This document shows, piece by piece, positions 50,997 through 60,401 of a stretch of 64,000 bases of DNA (its first letter is position 1; every line of letters starts with the position of its first letter). The DNA lies in the NCBI GenBank assembly GCA_963674945.2, contig CAXXWQ010000003.1, positions 416,001 through 480,000 on the forward strand. The letters run 5' to 3'. The notes beneath the pieces were generated by a model. That model made no database searches, was not told where the DNA came from, and worked only from the letters and a program-made list of their open reading frames with translations. This DNA comes from an uncultured Desulfosarcina sp. Its GTDB lineage: Bacteria > Desulfobacterota > Desulfobacteria > Desulfobacterales > Desulfosarcinaceae. The position numbers and the translations under genes were made by a program.

Positions 50997-51539
50997 TTAA
51001 TTTGCATATTTATATTCAAAAACATCATAGTTTCCATCATCTTTAATAGTGTAAATTTTTGCGGTTTTTTGTCTTTGCCAAACCGGCCGTTTCAATTTGT
51101 AATAAGTGACATCATCAGCAGTAAGGCCGTCAATGCCGACAAATTCTCTTTTCAGTTCTGCGAGGCTGTCAAAACCACTTCCGAAAAACGGCAGCTTTGA
51201 AAAATAGGGGCGGGGACTTTGCATGTCCGTTGCGACTGCAAAATGAGTTGGAAATATGGGATCACCAAACACCAGCAGATAACGGTCCGAAGATGTTGCG
51301 ATATGATAGTCGGAGGGGATATCATCTTTCTCAATTTCGTCATAATACTCTTTTAAAATAGCCCCGGCTTCAACATTATCCACATCGTCAACAGCCATAA
51401 GATCGGTGGATGAGAAGTAACCTAAAACATAAAGAGCAATGCTGAAAGAACTGATCTGCTCATAAATGGGCTGTTCTCTATCACAAATCATTATGATTTC
51501 ATCGATTCTTTCTCTGACGAGAATTCCCTCTGCGTCCAT
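50997..51539 (-). CDS. hypothetical protein upstream of gdhA
   Basis: AAGAGG RBS before ATG 51539. Confidence 0.65.
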   Translation of the reverse strand: MDAEGILVRERIDEIIMICDREQPIYEQISSFSIALYVLGYFSSTDLMAVDDVDNVEAGAILKEYYDEIEKDDIPSDYHIATSSDRYLLVFGDPIFPTHFAVATDMQSPRPYFSKLPFFGSGFDSLAELKREFVGIDGLTADDVTYYKLKRPVWQRQKTAKIYTIKDDGNYDVFEYKYAN

Positions 51540-51598
51540 AATGCACCTCTTGCTAAGCAAAAAGAAAAACCGTTTTTGTGACATTTGGACTATATCTT

Positions 51599-51615
51599 GT
51601 CAAAAGATATGCCAA
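51599..51615 (-). promoter_or_regulatory. possible sigma54 promoter of the gdh operon
   Basis: TTGGCATATCTTTTGAC: good -24, non-canonical -12 (GA). Confidence 0.35.
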
Positions 51616-51962
51616 AATAGAGAATGCCTTAAATATTTTTTAAATCTTGATTTAATTAGATAATATAAAGTAACGAGGGGAAACGGAAAATTCAGGGGTG
51701 GTGAAATATCAACTGATGTTCTCGTTGAGAAGAAGAATTGTCCTTCGAAAGGGTTGTGGATATCAAGACCAAAGCGGAAAATACATTAAAATGTTCAAAA
51801 CTTGAACAAAGATGGTGGAAAACAATCAAATGATACACCGCTCTTTCGGCTCTGCGTTAATAGGGGGCAGATTTTATTGTAACGAAACGAAAATGTGTGT
51901 CTCCTAAAGAATATCGAAAAAATGGGCTACGACCAATCAACTCAGCGGTGATGGACATGACC

Positions 51963-52790
51963 ATGCGAAAAATCACATCTTTGACGGCAGCCTTGTCGTT
52001 TATCGTCACTATCGTTACGAGCGTTATTCTCTATATCGTTCCCCAGGGTCGTGTCGCCTACTGGGCGGACTGGCGATTGTGGGGCTTATCCAAAGAACAG
52101 TGGGGCAACGTCCACATCAACGTGGGCCTTCTCTTTCTTCTCGCCCTGGGACTGCACATCTATTACAACTGGCGGCCGCTCATGGCCTATCTCAAGAATC
52201 GCTCCCGGCAGATGAGGGTGTTCACCCCCTCCTTCAACGTTGCCCTGGCCATTTGCCTGGCAACGGTATTCGGAACGCTTCTCGTGGCCCCACCCTTTTC
52301 TTGGGTACTGGACCTGAACATTGCCTTCAAGGATTCGGGGGCACGAAAATATGGCGAACCCCCATACGGCCACGCCGAACTTTCCTCCCTGCGTACATTC
52401 GCCAAAAAAGTGGAGCTGGATACGCAGGTTGCCATCCAACGGCTGAAGGATTCCGGTTTTCGTGTTACCGATGGAAATCAAACCTTACAGGAACTGGCTG
52501 GTCTCAACAAAACCACGCCCAAGGCCCTGTTCGAGGCGATGAAAGCCGGTGCGCCACGCGCCACCGAAGAGAAGCGGCTACCCGGCACTCCGCCACCGGG
52601 CACCGGGCGGTTGAGCATTGCCGAACTTTGCACCACCTACGGTCTGGATCCCAATGCGTTGGTTGCTGCCCTGAAAGCCCGTGGAATTGACGCCGCCCCC
52701 ACCGATGCACTGCGCACCATTGCCGAAAACCATAAAATGGGGACGGTCGACCTGTACGAACTGATAAAAACAACAACCGAAAACAAATAA
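51963..52790 (+). CDS. DUF4405-domain membrane protein
   Basis: PQGRVAYWADW..WGLSKEQWGNVH...HIYYNW; PPYGHAE. Confidence 0.75.
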   Translation: MRKITSLTAALSFIVTIVTSVILYIVPQGRVAYWADWRLWGLSKEQWGNVHINVGLLFLLALGLHIYYNWRPLMAYLKNRSRQMRVFTPSFNVALAICLATVFGTLLVAPPFSWVLDLNIAFKDSGARKYGEPPYGHAELSSLRTFAKKVELDTQVAIQRLKDSGFRVTDGNQTLQELAGLNKTTPKALFEAMKAGAPRATEEKRLPGTPPPGTGRLSIAELCTTYGLDPNALVAALKARGIDAAPTDALRTIAENHKMGTVDLYELIKTTTENK

Positions 52791-52806
52791 GAAAACCATT
52801 GCCACC

Positions 52807-53001
52807 ATGCCCACGACCGAATGCCGCTGTGACCATTGCGGCCATACCTTTCACCAACTGACCTTCAGCGACGATCCCATCGATCCGGTATGTCCGCGCT
52901 GCAGGCAAAAGAAGGTCGCCGCAAAAAAAGAACCGGACAGATTCATGTCCGGTTCCGGTATGGGCTCCAGATTGGCCGGCATCCCCAAGGGGCCATCCTG
53001 A
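52807..53001 (+). CDS. FmdB-like zinc-ribbon protein
   Basis: MPT.ECRCDHCGHTF...CPRC. Confidence 0.75.
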   Translation: MPTTECRCDHCGHTFHQLTFSDDPIDPVCPRCRQKKVAAKKEPDRFMSGSGMGSRLAGIPKGPS

Positions 53002-53158
53002 GCCCAATGAGCCGGTGACGGTCGGTCGCCGCCTGAGCAACACGCCCAAAGCATCCCTGTAAGATCTTATTCGTTGGAACGGATAGACACCATAGACGGA
53101 AGATCGTCGATTTCATGGCAGCACCGGCCGTGGTGCTGCCATTTTCGTAATTATCCGT

Positions 53159-53929
53159 CTACTTCTTCCCCTGCCTTCCATTCACCTGCTCCAGACACAT
53201 CAAGGAATGGGCGAAGGCGATAAAACGCTCCAGGTACGCCGGCGAGAGGTCCTCCATGGCTTCGAGGCAGCACGTGGAGATCATCTGACCGTTGAGGTGT
53301 CCGGGATTCTCCGGAAGATTTCGGACGGCGTCCGCAACAATCTTTTTTGCGCCTTGCCTCGCCAGGGTCCGCCGGAAAACCGCAAAGGAACGAAGCCTGC
53401 CGGGATGCCAATCCCCTGAGGCGCTTCCTTTTCGAATAAAGTCGTCAAAGGCGCCGATGATCCGGGCCTCCTGATCTTTGAGCAGGTGGTCCAGAAACAG
53501 GCGATTGTCATCCAGGCTCGCGTTCTCTCCCACCTTTTTCAACTCTTGGATCAAGCCCGGGAGAAAACCCTGGTCCGTATGATTTGATGACGTCCGGACG
53601 GCCTTTTTCAGGGCCTGGAAATCACCCTTTTCCAGAAGTCGATGTATCTTTCTGGCCGATTCCGGGTCTTTCGACCGGATCCGCTCCATGTCCGCCCGCA
53701 CCGCCTCTTGGGCCGCATCCAGCCGTTTCGAAAGAGCGTCCAGCAGATATTTTGCTCTCTCCTCGATTTTCCGGCGAATGGATGGACGCATTTTCGCAGA
53801 CCGCCGGACCAGGGAGGTGACATGGCGGAACCGGACCGGTTCGAATCCATCGGCACCTCGCTCCTGCAAAGCCCGAAGGCGCGATTCCATCGTTCCGGTG
53901 GTTTCCATGGTCAGCGATTCTTTGTCCAT
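53159..53929 (-). CDS. DUF2894 protein (Zorya III accessory-like)
   Basis: GADGFEPVRF; PENPGHLN...LSPAYLERF. Confidence 0.75.
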   Translation of the reverse strand: MDKESLTMETTGTMESRLRALQERGADGFEPVRFRHVTSLVRRSAKMRPSIRRKIEERAKYLLDALSKRLDAAQEAVRADMERIRSKDPESARKIHRLLEKGDFQALKKAVRTSSNHTDQGFLPGLIQELKKVGENASLDDNRLFLDHLLKDQEARIIGAFDDFIRKGSASGDWHPGRLRSFAVFRRTLARQGAKKIVADAVRNLPENPGHLNGQMISTCCLEAMEDLSPAYLERFIAFAHSLMCLEQVNGRQGKK

Positions 53930-53936
53930 GTTCGAA

Positions 53937-54572
53937 TCATCGGGCTGACCCACGCCTGTTTTTCGGGACAGGCGCGATTTCCACCCGGCGATTTTTGCTG
54001 CGCCCCGGTTCATCGAGATTGTCGGCGACGGGATGGTTCTCGCCAAAGGCGGCGGCGAAGACCAGTTCACCGGGCATTCCCTCTTCGATCAATGCCCGGG
54101 TGACGGTGAGCGCCCGCTGGGCGGACAGCTCCCAGTTGTCATGAAACAGGGGATTGTCTCCATGAATCGGCAAATCATCGGTAAACCCGCTGACCATCAA
54201 TAGTTCATCCCGGTCGCCGAGATAGGCGCAAAGGGGACGGACCAGGGTTTGAAGCAGTTCCCGTCCTTCGGCCTGGAGCCGATCTGAATTGAGCGCGAAC
54301 AGGACACTTCCACTGATGCCGATTCGGCCATCTTCCAGGGTGATCCTGCCCGTCGCCAGCGGGTCGGCCAAAGCGTTTTCCAGAAGCATGCGGCGCTCCT
54401 GTTCCACCTTTCGTCTCTGCACCTCTGACTTGAGCGACTGTGACAATTCCACCTGGAATCCCATCGTCCAGACGAGCAGCAGGACGAAGACGCCCACCAG
54501 TCCCGACATGAGATCGCCGAAAATCGCCCAGATGGGCGGGTTATCAGAAGGGACGGACGCTAACGGTTCCAT
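53937..54572 (-). CDS. zorB: OmpA/MotB-family protein, ZorB-like
   Basis: WAIFGDLMSGL TM with conserved Asp; GFTDD, NWELSAQRA, NRRVEI. Confidence 0.75.
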   Translation of the reverse strand: MEPLASVPSDNPPIWAIFGDLMSGLVGVFVLLLVWTMGFQVELSQSLKSEVQRRKVEQERRMLLENALADPLATGRITLEDGRIGISGSVLFALNSDRLQAEGRELLQTLVRPLCAYLGDRDELLMVSGFTDDLPIHGDNPLFHDNWELSAQRALTVTRALIEEGMPGELVFAAAFGENHPVADNLDEPGRSKNRRVEIAPVPKNRRGSAR

Positions 54573-56845
54573 TGTTCCCCCCCGGTCTCTTCTCCGTTTC
54601 GTCCGTCGAATCGACCCAGGACGGTTAACATCTCCTGCTGGGAGAGCATGCAGTGGTCGATGATCTCACGTGCCTGGGCCACGTAGTACCCCATCTGTTC
54701 GTCGCTCCGCATCGCCGTCTTGTCGAGGGAGGCCTCGATTCGGGAAAGGTTCTCCATGAGATTGGCGTTGGATGCGTCGAACCGCTCCACGGCGGCAGAA
54801 AAGGCATCCCCGAGACTGGCCAGTTCTACCGCACCGGCGGCAAACGCGTCTGTGACATCGGAAAAATGGTCGGCCTTGCCATCCACCCGTTGGGCGAACC
54901 GGGCGCCGATCTCTTCCAGCATCTGTTCGGACGTTTCCACCATTTGTGCGATGGTCCCGTGGGTATCGGCGCTTGTTTGCACCAGGGCGGCGGAGAGGTT
55001 CGCGAACTCTGTGGCCAGTTGCTTCTGGGCCTGGAAAAGACCGGCGTCTTGCTCCATGCGATGAGCGGACGCCTCTGCGATACGGGCGATGAGGTCCATG
55101 GCTGCCTTCGGGGCTTCCGACGCCGTTTCCACCAATTTCACCATGGGTGAAGCGATTTCCTCTCCCAGGGTGGAAAGATGATCGGCCACCTCGGCTTCCA
55201 GCCGGGTGAGTCGTGTGACCGTGTCCCGGCCCCGAACTGCCTCTTCATCCCGAATCTCGTCCATTGCCGTGGCGAGGGTCCGGATAAGGTCCGCCATTCG
55301 CTCCTGATGCCCGTTGTACCATGCCTCTTCCATTTTCTCGCGCGATTCGATCAGATCTTGTGATGTCTTCACGACCCGTGCCGTCTCTCCTTGTATTTGA
55401 GTTCCGGCCTTCCTGACGATTCCGGTCAGTTCACCGATGTTTTGTTTCAGGGCGTCGCAATGGTCCAATTGCCGATTGAGCGCCTCTCTTTCCGCGGTTG
55501 TCCATGCATCGGCAACGGTTTCGGACGCGGCGAGCAGCTTTCCCGTGGCCGAGGCCATCACCTCATTGTGCATTGTGACGGCCCGATACAAATCATCGAC
55601 ATGGGCCTTCGTGCGTTCATCATACAGCCTGGTGCCCTCTTCCCTGGCCTTGTCCAATGCGTCGATCCACAATTGGAGACGCTGTTGGTCGCTGGTTTGT
55701 TGGTCGGCAATCCATGATTCGGTTCCTTTGGAGAATGCCGACGCCACGGACCGGACCATGGCACTCCACATCTCTTCCAGTCGGGCAAGGGCCGCTTCTG
55801 ATTTTTCAACCAGCCGTGCATTGGAACGATTATGCTCCGAAATACCGTCCTGCCAGGATTTGACAACCGTTTTCGAATGATCCGCCAACAGACGAGAAAT
55901 CGACGACCAACTCTCTTGGTTGGTTTGGGTCAGATGCGTGTGAACCTTGTGTGTCTCTTTTGCGATGCCGGTCATGGCCTTTGCGACGACGGGCTCGATG
56001 GTATCGGACAATCTCGCAATGTTCTCTTCCAGGTATTGTTTGAGGGACCGATCCAAAGATTCCGCAAGGGTTGCAAAACGCTTTTCGGCGGCCAGGTGAA
56101 AGGATTCTTGATGTTGCACCATATTCCCGGCCAAATCCGTCAATCGATCCGCCATTGCCGATAGCCGGCTCGCCACGAGGGGCAGCGCCTCGGTTTGCAC
56201 CTGAAGCGATCGAAACGTTTCCCGTTGGCGATAGGTCCAGGAAAATTGTCTGAAAACCGTGGGAATAAAAGCATCCAGTCTCCGGACGGCAACGATTCGA
56301 TCCCGTCGGCTCAAGGTGGACATGAGTCCCAGCATGGCGGACGTCGCCACGCCGGCAACGGAGGTACCGAAGGCCTGACGCAGCCCATCCATGGGCGCCA
56401 CCAGGCCCTCACGGATCGCCTGGAGTTCCGTGGTTCCCGAAAGGGCGGATACGGCGCCTTTCAATGTGTCGACCATCCCGACGAAAGTACCCAAAATGCC
56501 CAACATGATCAGCAATCCGACCAGATAGGGCGTCAATACCGGTGCGGGAAGGCCGACGCGCTCGCCTTCGACCCGGAGCCGGACTTCGGTTCGCAAAGAC
56601 GGATGGAGGCGTCCGAGCCAGGGTTCAAGGTCTTCGGCGATCCCATCCGTATTGTCCAAGGCAAGGCAAAGCGTCGTGGTCCCGCGCCGGAAAGCAACGA
56701 GTTCGTAAATGCCCACGAGGTAAACACACCCGGTGATCAGGGTGATGGAAAATGCCAACGCATCGGTCTGCAAAAATACCGCACCCATGCCGATGACGGC
56801 CGTGGCACCCAAAAAAAGTGCTGAACCGAATAATACTCTATCCAC
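54560..56845 (-). CDS. zorA: DUF802 / ZorA-like MotA-type membrane protein with long helical tail
   Basis: LGILGTFVG and AFGTSVAG TM motifs, long helical tail, RSDEQMGYYVAQAREIID end. Confidence 0.7.
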   Translation of the reverse strand: MDRVLFGSALFLGATAVIGMGAVFLQTDALAFSITLITGCVYLVGIYELVAFRRGTTTLCLALDNTDGIAEDLEPWLGRLHPSLRTEVRLRVEGERVGLPAPVLTPYLVGLLIMLGILGTFVGMVDTLKGAVSALSGTTELQAIREGLVAPMDGLRQAFGTSVAGVATSAMLGLMSTLSRRDRIVAVRRLDAFIPTVFRQFSWTYRQRETFRSLQVQTEALPLVASRLSAMADRLTDLAGNMVQHQESFHLAAEKRFATLAESLDRSLKQYLEENIARLSDTIEPVVAKAMTGIAKETHKVHTHLTQTNQESWSSISRLLADHSKTVVKSWQDGISEHNRSNARLVEKSEAALARLEEMWSAMVRSVASAFSKGTESWIADQQTSDQQRLQLWIDALDKAREEGTRLYDERTKAHVDDLYRAVTMHNEVMASATGKLLAASETVADAWTTAEREALNRQLDHCDALKQNIGELTGIVRKAGTQIQGETARVVKTSQDLIESREKMEEAWYNGHQERMADLIRTLATAMDEIRDEEAVRGRDTVTRLTRLEAEVADHLSTLGEEIASPMVKLVETASEAPKAAMDLIARIAEASAHRMEQDAGLFQAQKQLATEFANLSAALVQTSADTHGTIAQMVETSEQMLEEIGARFAQRVDGKADHFSDVTDAFAAGAVELASLGDAFSAAVERFDASNANLMENLSRIEASLDKTAMRSDEQMGYYVAQAREIIDHCMLSQQEMLTVLGRFDGRNGEETGGEQWNR

Positions 56846-57012
56846 AATGGTATCTCTTTTGTTCTTGTGTCCGGTGCCGGTTTGAACCGGTACCGGGTAT
56901 GGATTCGTTGTATTCGAACCGGGTGACGTACACCCGGAACCAACCCGAATGATGGAAGTGCTGACGTGCTTTTGGATGTCCGGCCGATGGACCGAATATC
57001 CAAGCCACCCGC

Positions 57013-57810
57013 TTAGCGGGTGTTCGTTGACTCGATGAGTCCCAGCACCGGTTGGAGTCTTGTATCGAGTTCGGCCAAAAGCAGATCACGCATCTTGACG
57101 GTGAACCCGCAAATCCATCCCCCCGTTGCCATCCAGTTGGCAAGGTCGCGGGCAACCGGCTCGTCGGGCAGTTCATGCCAGTGGGCCTCGAGTTGCCGTC
57201 GAAAGTCCGACGCCAGAAGCATTGAAATTCCATCGAAAACACCTATGGATCGGTTGGTAAGCGCCGATTGGATCCCGCGATCCAGGGTTGCAAGCCTGGC
57301 AAGTGCTGGTGAAAGGCCGCACATGGCGTCTCGGATGCGGTCCTGGAGACCTTCGATACGGGCTGCAATCCGGGTCTGTCGGTCGAGGTAAAAGCGTCCG
57401 AACGGTTCGAATGCCGCCTGGTGGTTTTCGGGAAACGCCGAACGTGTTTTCCCGTATACACCGGAAAACCGCAAATGGGCATGATATTCCGCGGCAGAGG
57501 GCAGCCTGTTCTTTGTTTTGGTCCCACCGGCGCCGGAGGCGAAGCCCTGGGCGATGAAGCGCAACAATGCCTCTCGTTCGCGGAAAAAGGCCTTTTCGAT
57601 GACAGATGGTGTTTGCTGTGCCGGTTTCGCGGTTGTCGAGGATAGGTTGTCGAGCATCTTCGACAGGGTAACGCGGCCGGAGAGGTCCAACAGGCTTCCC
57701 AGGCTTTCGTCAAAACGCCCCGCCGGTTCCCGTATATCCAACGCCGCGAATTCCTGCAGGACCGCCATCAGTCGGGAGTCATGGTAAAAGTCAATTGTCT
57801 TTTTCGTCAT
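57013..57810 (-). CDS. DUF3348 protein (Zorya III accessory-like)
   Basis: SPALARLATLD; LLLAELDTRLQPVLGLIE. Confidence 0.75.
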   Translation of the reverse strand: MTKKTIDFYHDSRLMAVLQEFAALDIREPAGRFDESLGSLLDLSGRVTLSKMLDNLSSTTAKPAQQTPSVIEKAFFREREALLRFIAQGFASGAGGTKTKNRLPSAAEYHAHLRFSGVYGKTRSAFPENHQAAFEPFGRFYLDRQTRIAARIEGLQDRIRDAMCGLSPALARLATLDRGIQSALTNRSIGVFDGISMLLASDFRRQLEAHWHELPDEPVARDLANWMATGGWICGFTVKMRDLLLAELDTRLQPVLGLIESTNTR

Positions 57811-57994
57811 ACGTGCACATTGCCAGGCACAGGACAGAGAACGGGAGTGTCATCGCCCCTACATATTGAGTCTCGACCGATCAATATACAATATATAGTG
57901 CTCAGGCGATATCATACCGATGGTGCCTTTTCAATGGAAAATCATGTTGAGAAGATGGTGAAGAAAGTTTTCGGCAGTGAACGGATACCCGTAC

Positions 57995-58026
57995 AAAAAA
58001 AATGGCGGGGAGCGTCTCCCCGCCAT
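57995..58026 (-). terminator. intrinsic terminator after dsrP
   Basis: ATGGCGGGGAG..CTCCCCGCCAT followed by a T-tract on the minus strand. Confidence 0.75.
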
Positions 58027-58054
58027 CATCTCTTCTTATCGTCGGCAATGATGA

Positions 58055-59218
58055 TTAGCCGTGAACTTCTTCCTTTACCCCGACGGCCATTTTGTAAAGA
58101 AGTGTCAGTACGAGGGCGCCGACGGCATAAACACCCACGGTGATACCGATCTCCGGCATGGTGGGTGCGTATTCGGTAACCTCATGCAACGGGTTGGGAA
58201 CGAATCCACCGGAAATCATGCCCAGTCCCTTGTCGATCCAGGTTCCCAGGATAATCACCGCGCAGGCGATGGCCAGGCTGGTCTCGTTTTTTCGGGTCGC
58301 CGGCGTAACGGTCATGATGATACCGGCCGCCATCAGGATCATGGATGCCCACATCCAGGGCACCAGCGCACCGTGGCCGTGCACCCCGGCGAACAGGTAT
58401 TGGATATGGATTTTATGTCCGGGGATGTTGCTGTAAAATCCGACGAACACTTCACAAATAAAGAGGAACATGTTGATGCAGATGGCGTAAGCAACGGTTT
58501 TTGCAAGGCTCTGGATCTGCGCCTTGCCCGGATCGAAATTGGTGAATTTTCGGATGAAAAGGCAAAGCAGGATCAGAAGGGCCGGACCGGCTGCGAAGGC
58601 AGATGCGAGAAACCGCGGCGCCAGAACGGCGGTAAGCCAGAAATGGCGACCCGGAAGGCCACAATACAGGTACGCTGTCACCGTATGAATACTCACTGCC
58701 CAGGGGATGGAAATGTAAATCAGCGGTTTGAGCCATCCCTGATAGTGAATGCCGTTTCGCTCTGCTTCCAGCACGTTCCACCCGATGACCAAGTTCAAAA
58801 AGAGGTACCCGTTGAGCACGATCATGTCCCAGAAGAGCACCGAGTTGGGTGTCGGGTAGAGGGGCACGTTGAACAGTCGCATGGGCTGCCCAAGGTCGAC
58901 GACGATAAACAAAAGGCACATGACAATGGAGGCAATGGCCAAAAACTCACCCAGTATGGTAATTTTGCCGTAGGCCTTGTAATCATGCAGGTAGTACGGC
59001 AATACCACCATCACCCCTCCGGCGGCCACACCGACCAGATAAGTAAAGTTGGCGATATAAAATCCCCAGGAGACATCCCGGCTCATACCGGTAATACCGA
59101 GACCGAGCTTGAGCTGCATCATATAGAGCCCGAACGCGGCACCGATCACACCCAATAGGACGACCAACCATCCCCAGTACCATTTATTTCCTTTTACGGC
59201 TAATTCAAGCATGCTCAC
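58055..59218 (-). CDS. dsrP: DsrP (NrfD-family membrane subunit)
   Basis: TGMSRDVSWG, DLGQP, IHTVTA; operon position. Confidence 0.93.
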   Translation of the reverse strand: MSMLELAVKGNKWYWGWLVVLLGVIGAAFGLYMMQLKLGLGITGMSRDVSWGFYIANFTYLVGVAAGGVMVVLPYYLHDYKAYGKITILGEFLAIASIVMCLLFIVVDLGQPMRLFNVPLYPTPNSVLFWDMIVLNGYLFLNLVIGWNVLEAERNGIHYQGWLKPLIYISIPWAVSIHTVTAYLYCGLPGRHFWLTAVLAPRFLASAFAAGPALLILLCLFIRKFTNFDPGKAQIQSLAKTVAYAICINMFLFICEVFVGFYSNIPGHKIHIQYLFAGVHGHGALVPWMWASMILMAAGIIMTVTPATRKNETSLAIACAVIILGTWIDKGLGMISGGFVPNPLHEVTEYAPTMPEIGITVGVYAVGALVLTLLYKMAVGVKEEVHG

Positions 59219-59219
59219 C

Positions 59220-60008
59220 TCACACGATGTAGTAGACGGACGGCTCCGTTCCCAAAACCTGTTTCCGCCTGATGGTGTAGTTTTCCTTCAACAGTTCCCT
59301 CACATGGGAATGTTCGTCGTATAGATCGCCGAATGCAATGGCACCGTTGGAGGCCTCAACACAGGCGGGCATCTTGCCAACAGCCAATCGCTCTGCGCAG
59401 AAGTTACATTTTTCGACCACACCCTTCATCCGGGTGGGAAATTCTTTATTTTCTTCCTCGATGAAGGGGCGTGGATCCCTGAAGTTAAAGCTTCGGGCGC
59501 CGAACGGGCAGGCGGCCATGCAAAACCGGCATCCGATACACCGGTGAAAGTCCATCAGCACGATGCCGTCACTCTCCCGTTTGAAGGTGGCCTTGGTGGG
59601 GCAGGCCCGGCAGCATGGGGGATTTTCACAATGGTTGCACAAAGCCAAGAAGGGTTGATGCTCCACCTCTTCGTTGAGGAACTTGTTGACCTTGTCGGTG
59701 AAGGCGTTGTGGTAGTGCGTTTCCCAGATCCATTTGATCTCGTGGTTCTTTTCCGGAATGGCCGTGGGAATGTTGTGGATCTTGTTGCATGCCTCGATGA
59801 TCGGCTCCAGATCCGCAGACGTTTTTAACTTTCGGGTGTCGATGACCATGGCCCACTGTTTGGCCGTCAGCGCATCCTTCCCCTTGGCAATATGGTAGCC
59901 GGGCCCCTTTCCACCTTCCGAAGCGAAGGCATCGAGCACGGGTTTTGCCCCAAGACCCAGCGCGGAAACGCCAGCGATCTGAAGAAAGCGTCTTCTGCTG
60001 TTTTTCAT
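59220..60008 (-). CDS. dsrO: DsrO (Tat-exported Fe-S protein)
   Basis: SRRRFL Tat signal, CNHCENPPC, CIGCRFC, KCNFC. Confidence 0.93.
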   Translation of the reverse strand: MKNSRRRFLQIAGVSALGLGAKPVLDAFASEGGKGPGYHIAKGKDALTAKQWAMVIDTRKLKTSADLEPIIEACNKIHNIPTAIPEKNHEIKWIWETHYHNAFTDKVNKFLNEEVEHQPFLALCNHCENPPCCRACPTKATFKRESDGIVLMDFHRCIGCRFCMAACPFGARSFNFRDPRPFIEEENKEFPTRMKGVVEKCNFCAERLAVGKMPACVEASNGAIAFGDLYDEHSHVRELLKENYTIRRKQVLGTEPSVYYIV

Positions 60009-60011
60009 TCC

Positions 60012-60398
60012 TTATTCTCCTTTTGGATTATCGATGTGGCAATCCCAGCAATAGGGCCTTACGGATGCGTAGTTGTGGCAACGGTCGCAGAAATTCGCCT
60101 TGTTGGAATGGCAGTCCAAACAGGTGTTGGAAAGACTCATGGTAAATTCCTTGCCTTCGGCATTTACAAACTGGCGCTTTGCCCCGCGGACGACGTTGTG
60201 TCGCCAGGTATCGAGCAGCTGCATATGATTGGCGGTCATGTACGCGGTGTCCATGACGCAGGTCTTTGCGGCTTTGGCCTTCGCGGTCAATTCGAGTTCC
60301 GGCGCAGGTGCGGCTTTGCCCATGTTGAACCAGAAGGGCAAAGTGATGATGGCAATAAAAATGACCAGCCCTGCGAGAATTTTGTTTTTATCCTTCAT
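60012..60398 (-). CDS. dsrJ: DsrJ triheme cytochrome c
   Basis: CLDCH, CDRCH, CWDCH. Confidence 0.95.
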   Translation of the reverse strand: MKDKNKILAGLVIFIAIITLPFWFNMGKAAPAPELELTAKAKAAKTCVMDTAYMTANHMQLLDTWRHNVVRGAKRQFVNAEGKEFTMSLSNTCLDCHSNKANFCDRCHNYASVRPYCWDCHIDNPKGE

Positions 60399-60401
60399 CG
60401 G

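Noticed and set aside
52807..53010. Selenocysteine read-through of the FmdB-like TGA (selB is present)
   Set aside because: A second TGA follows after two codons, there is no Cys-equivalent context, and no convincing SECIS
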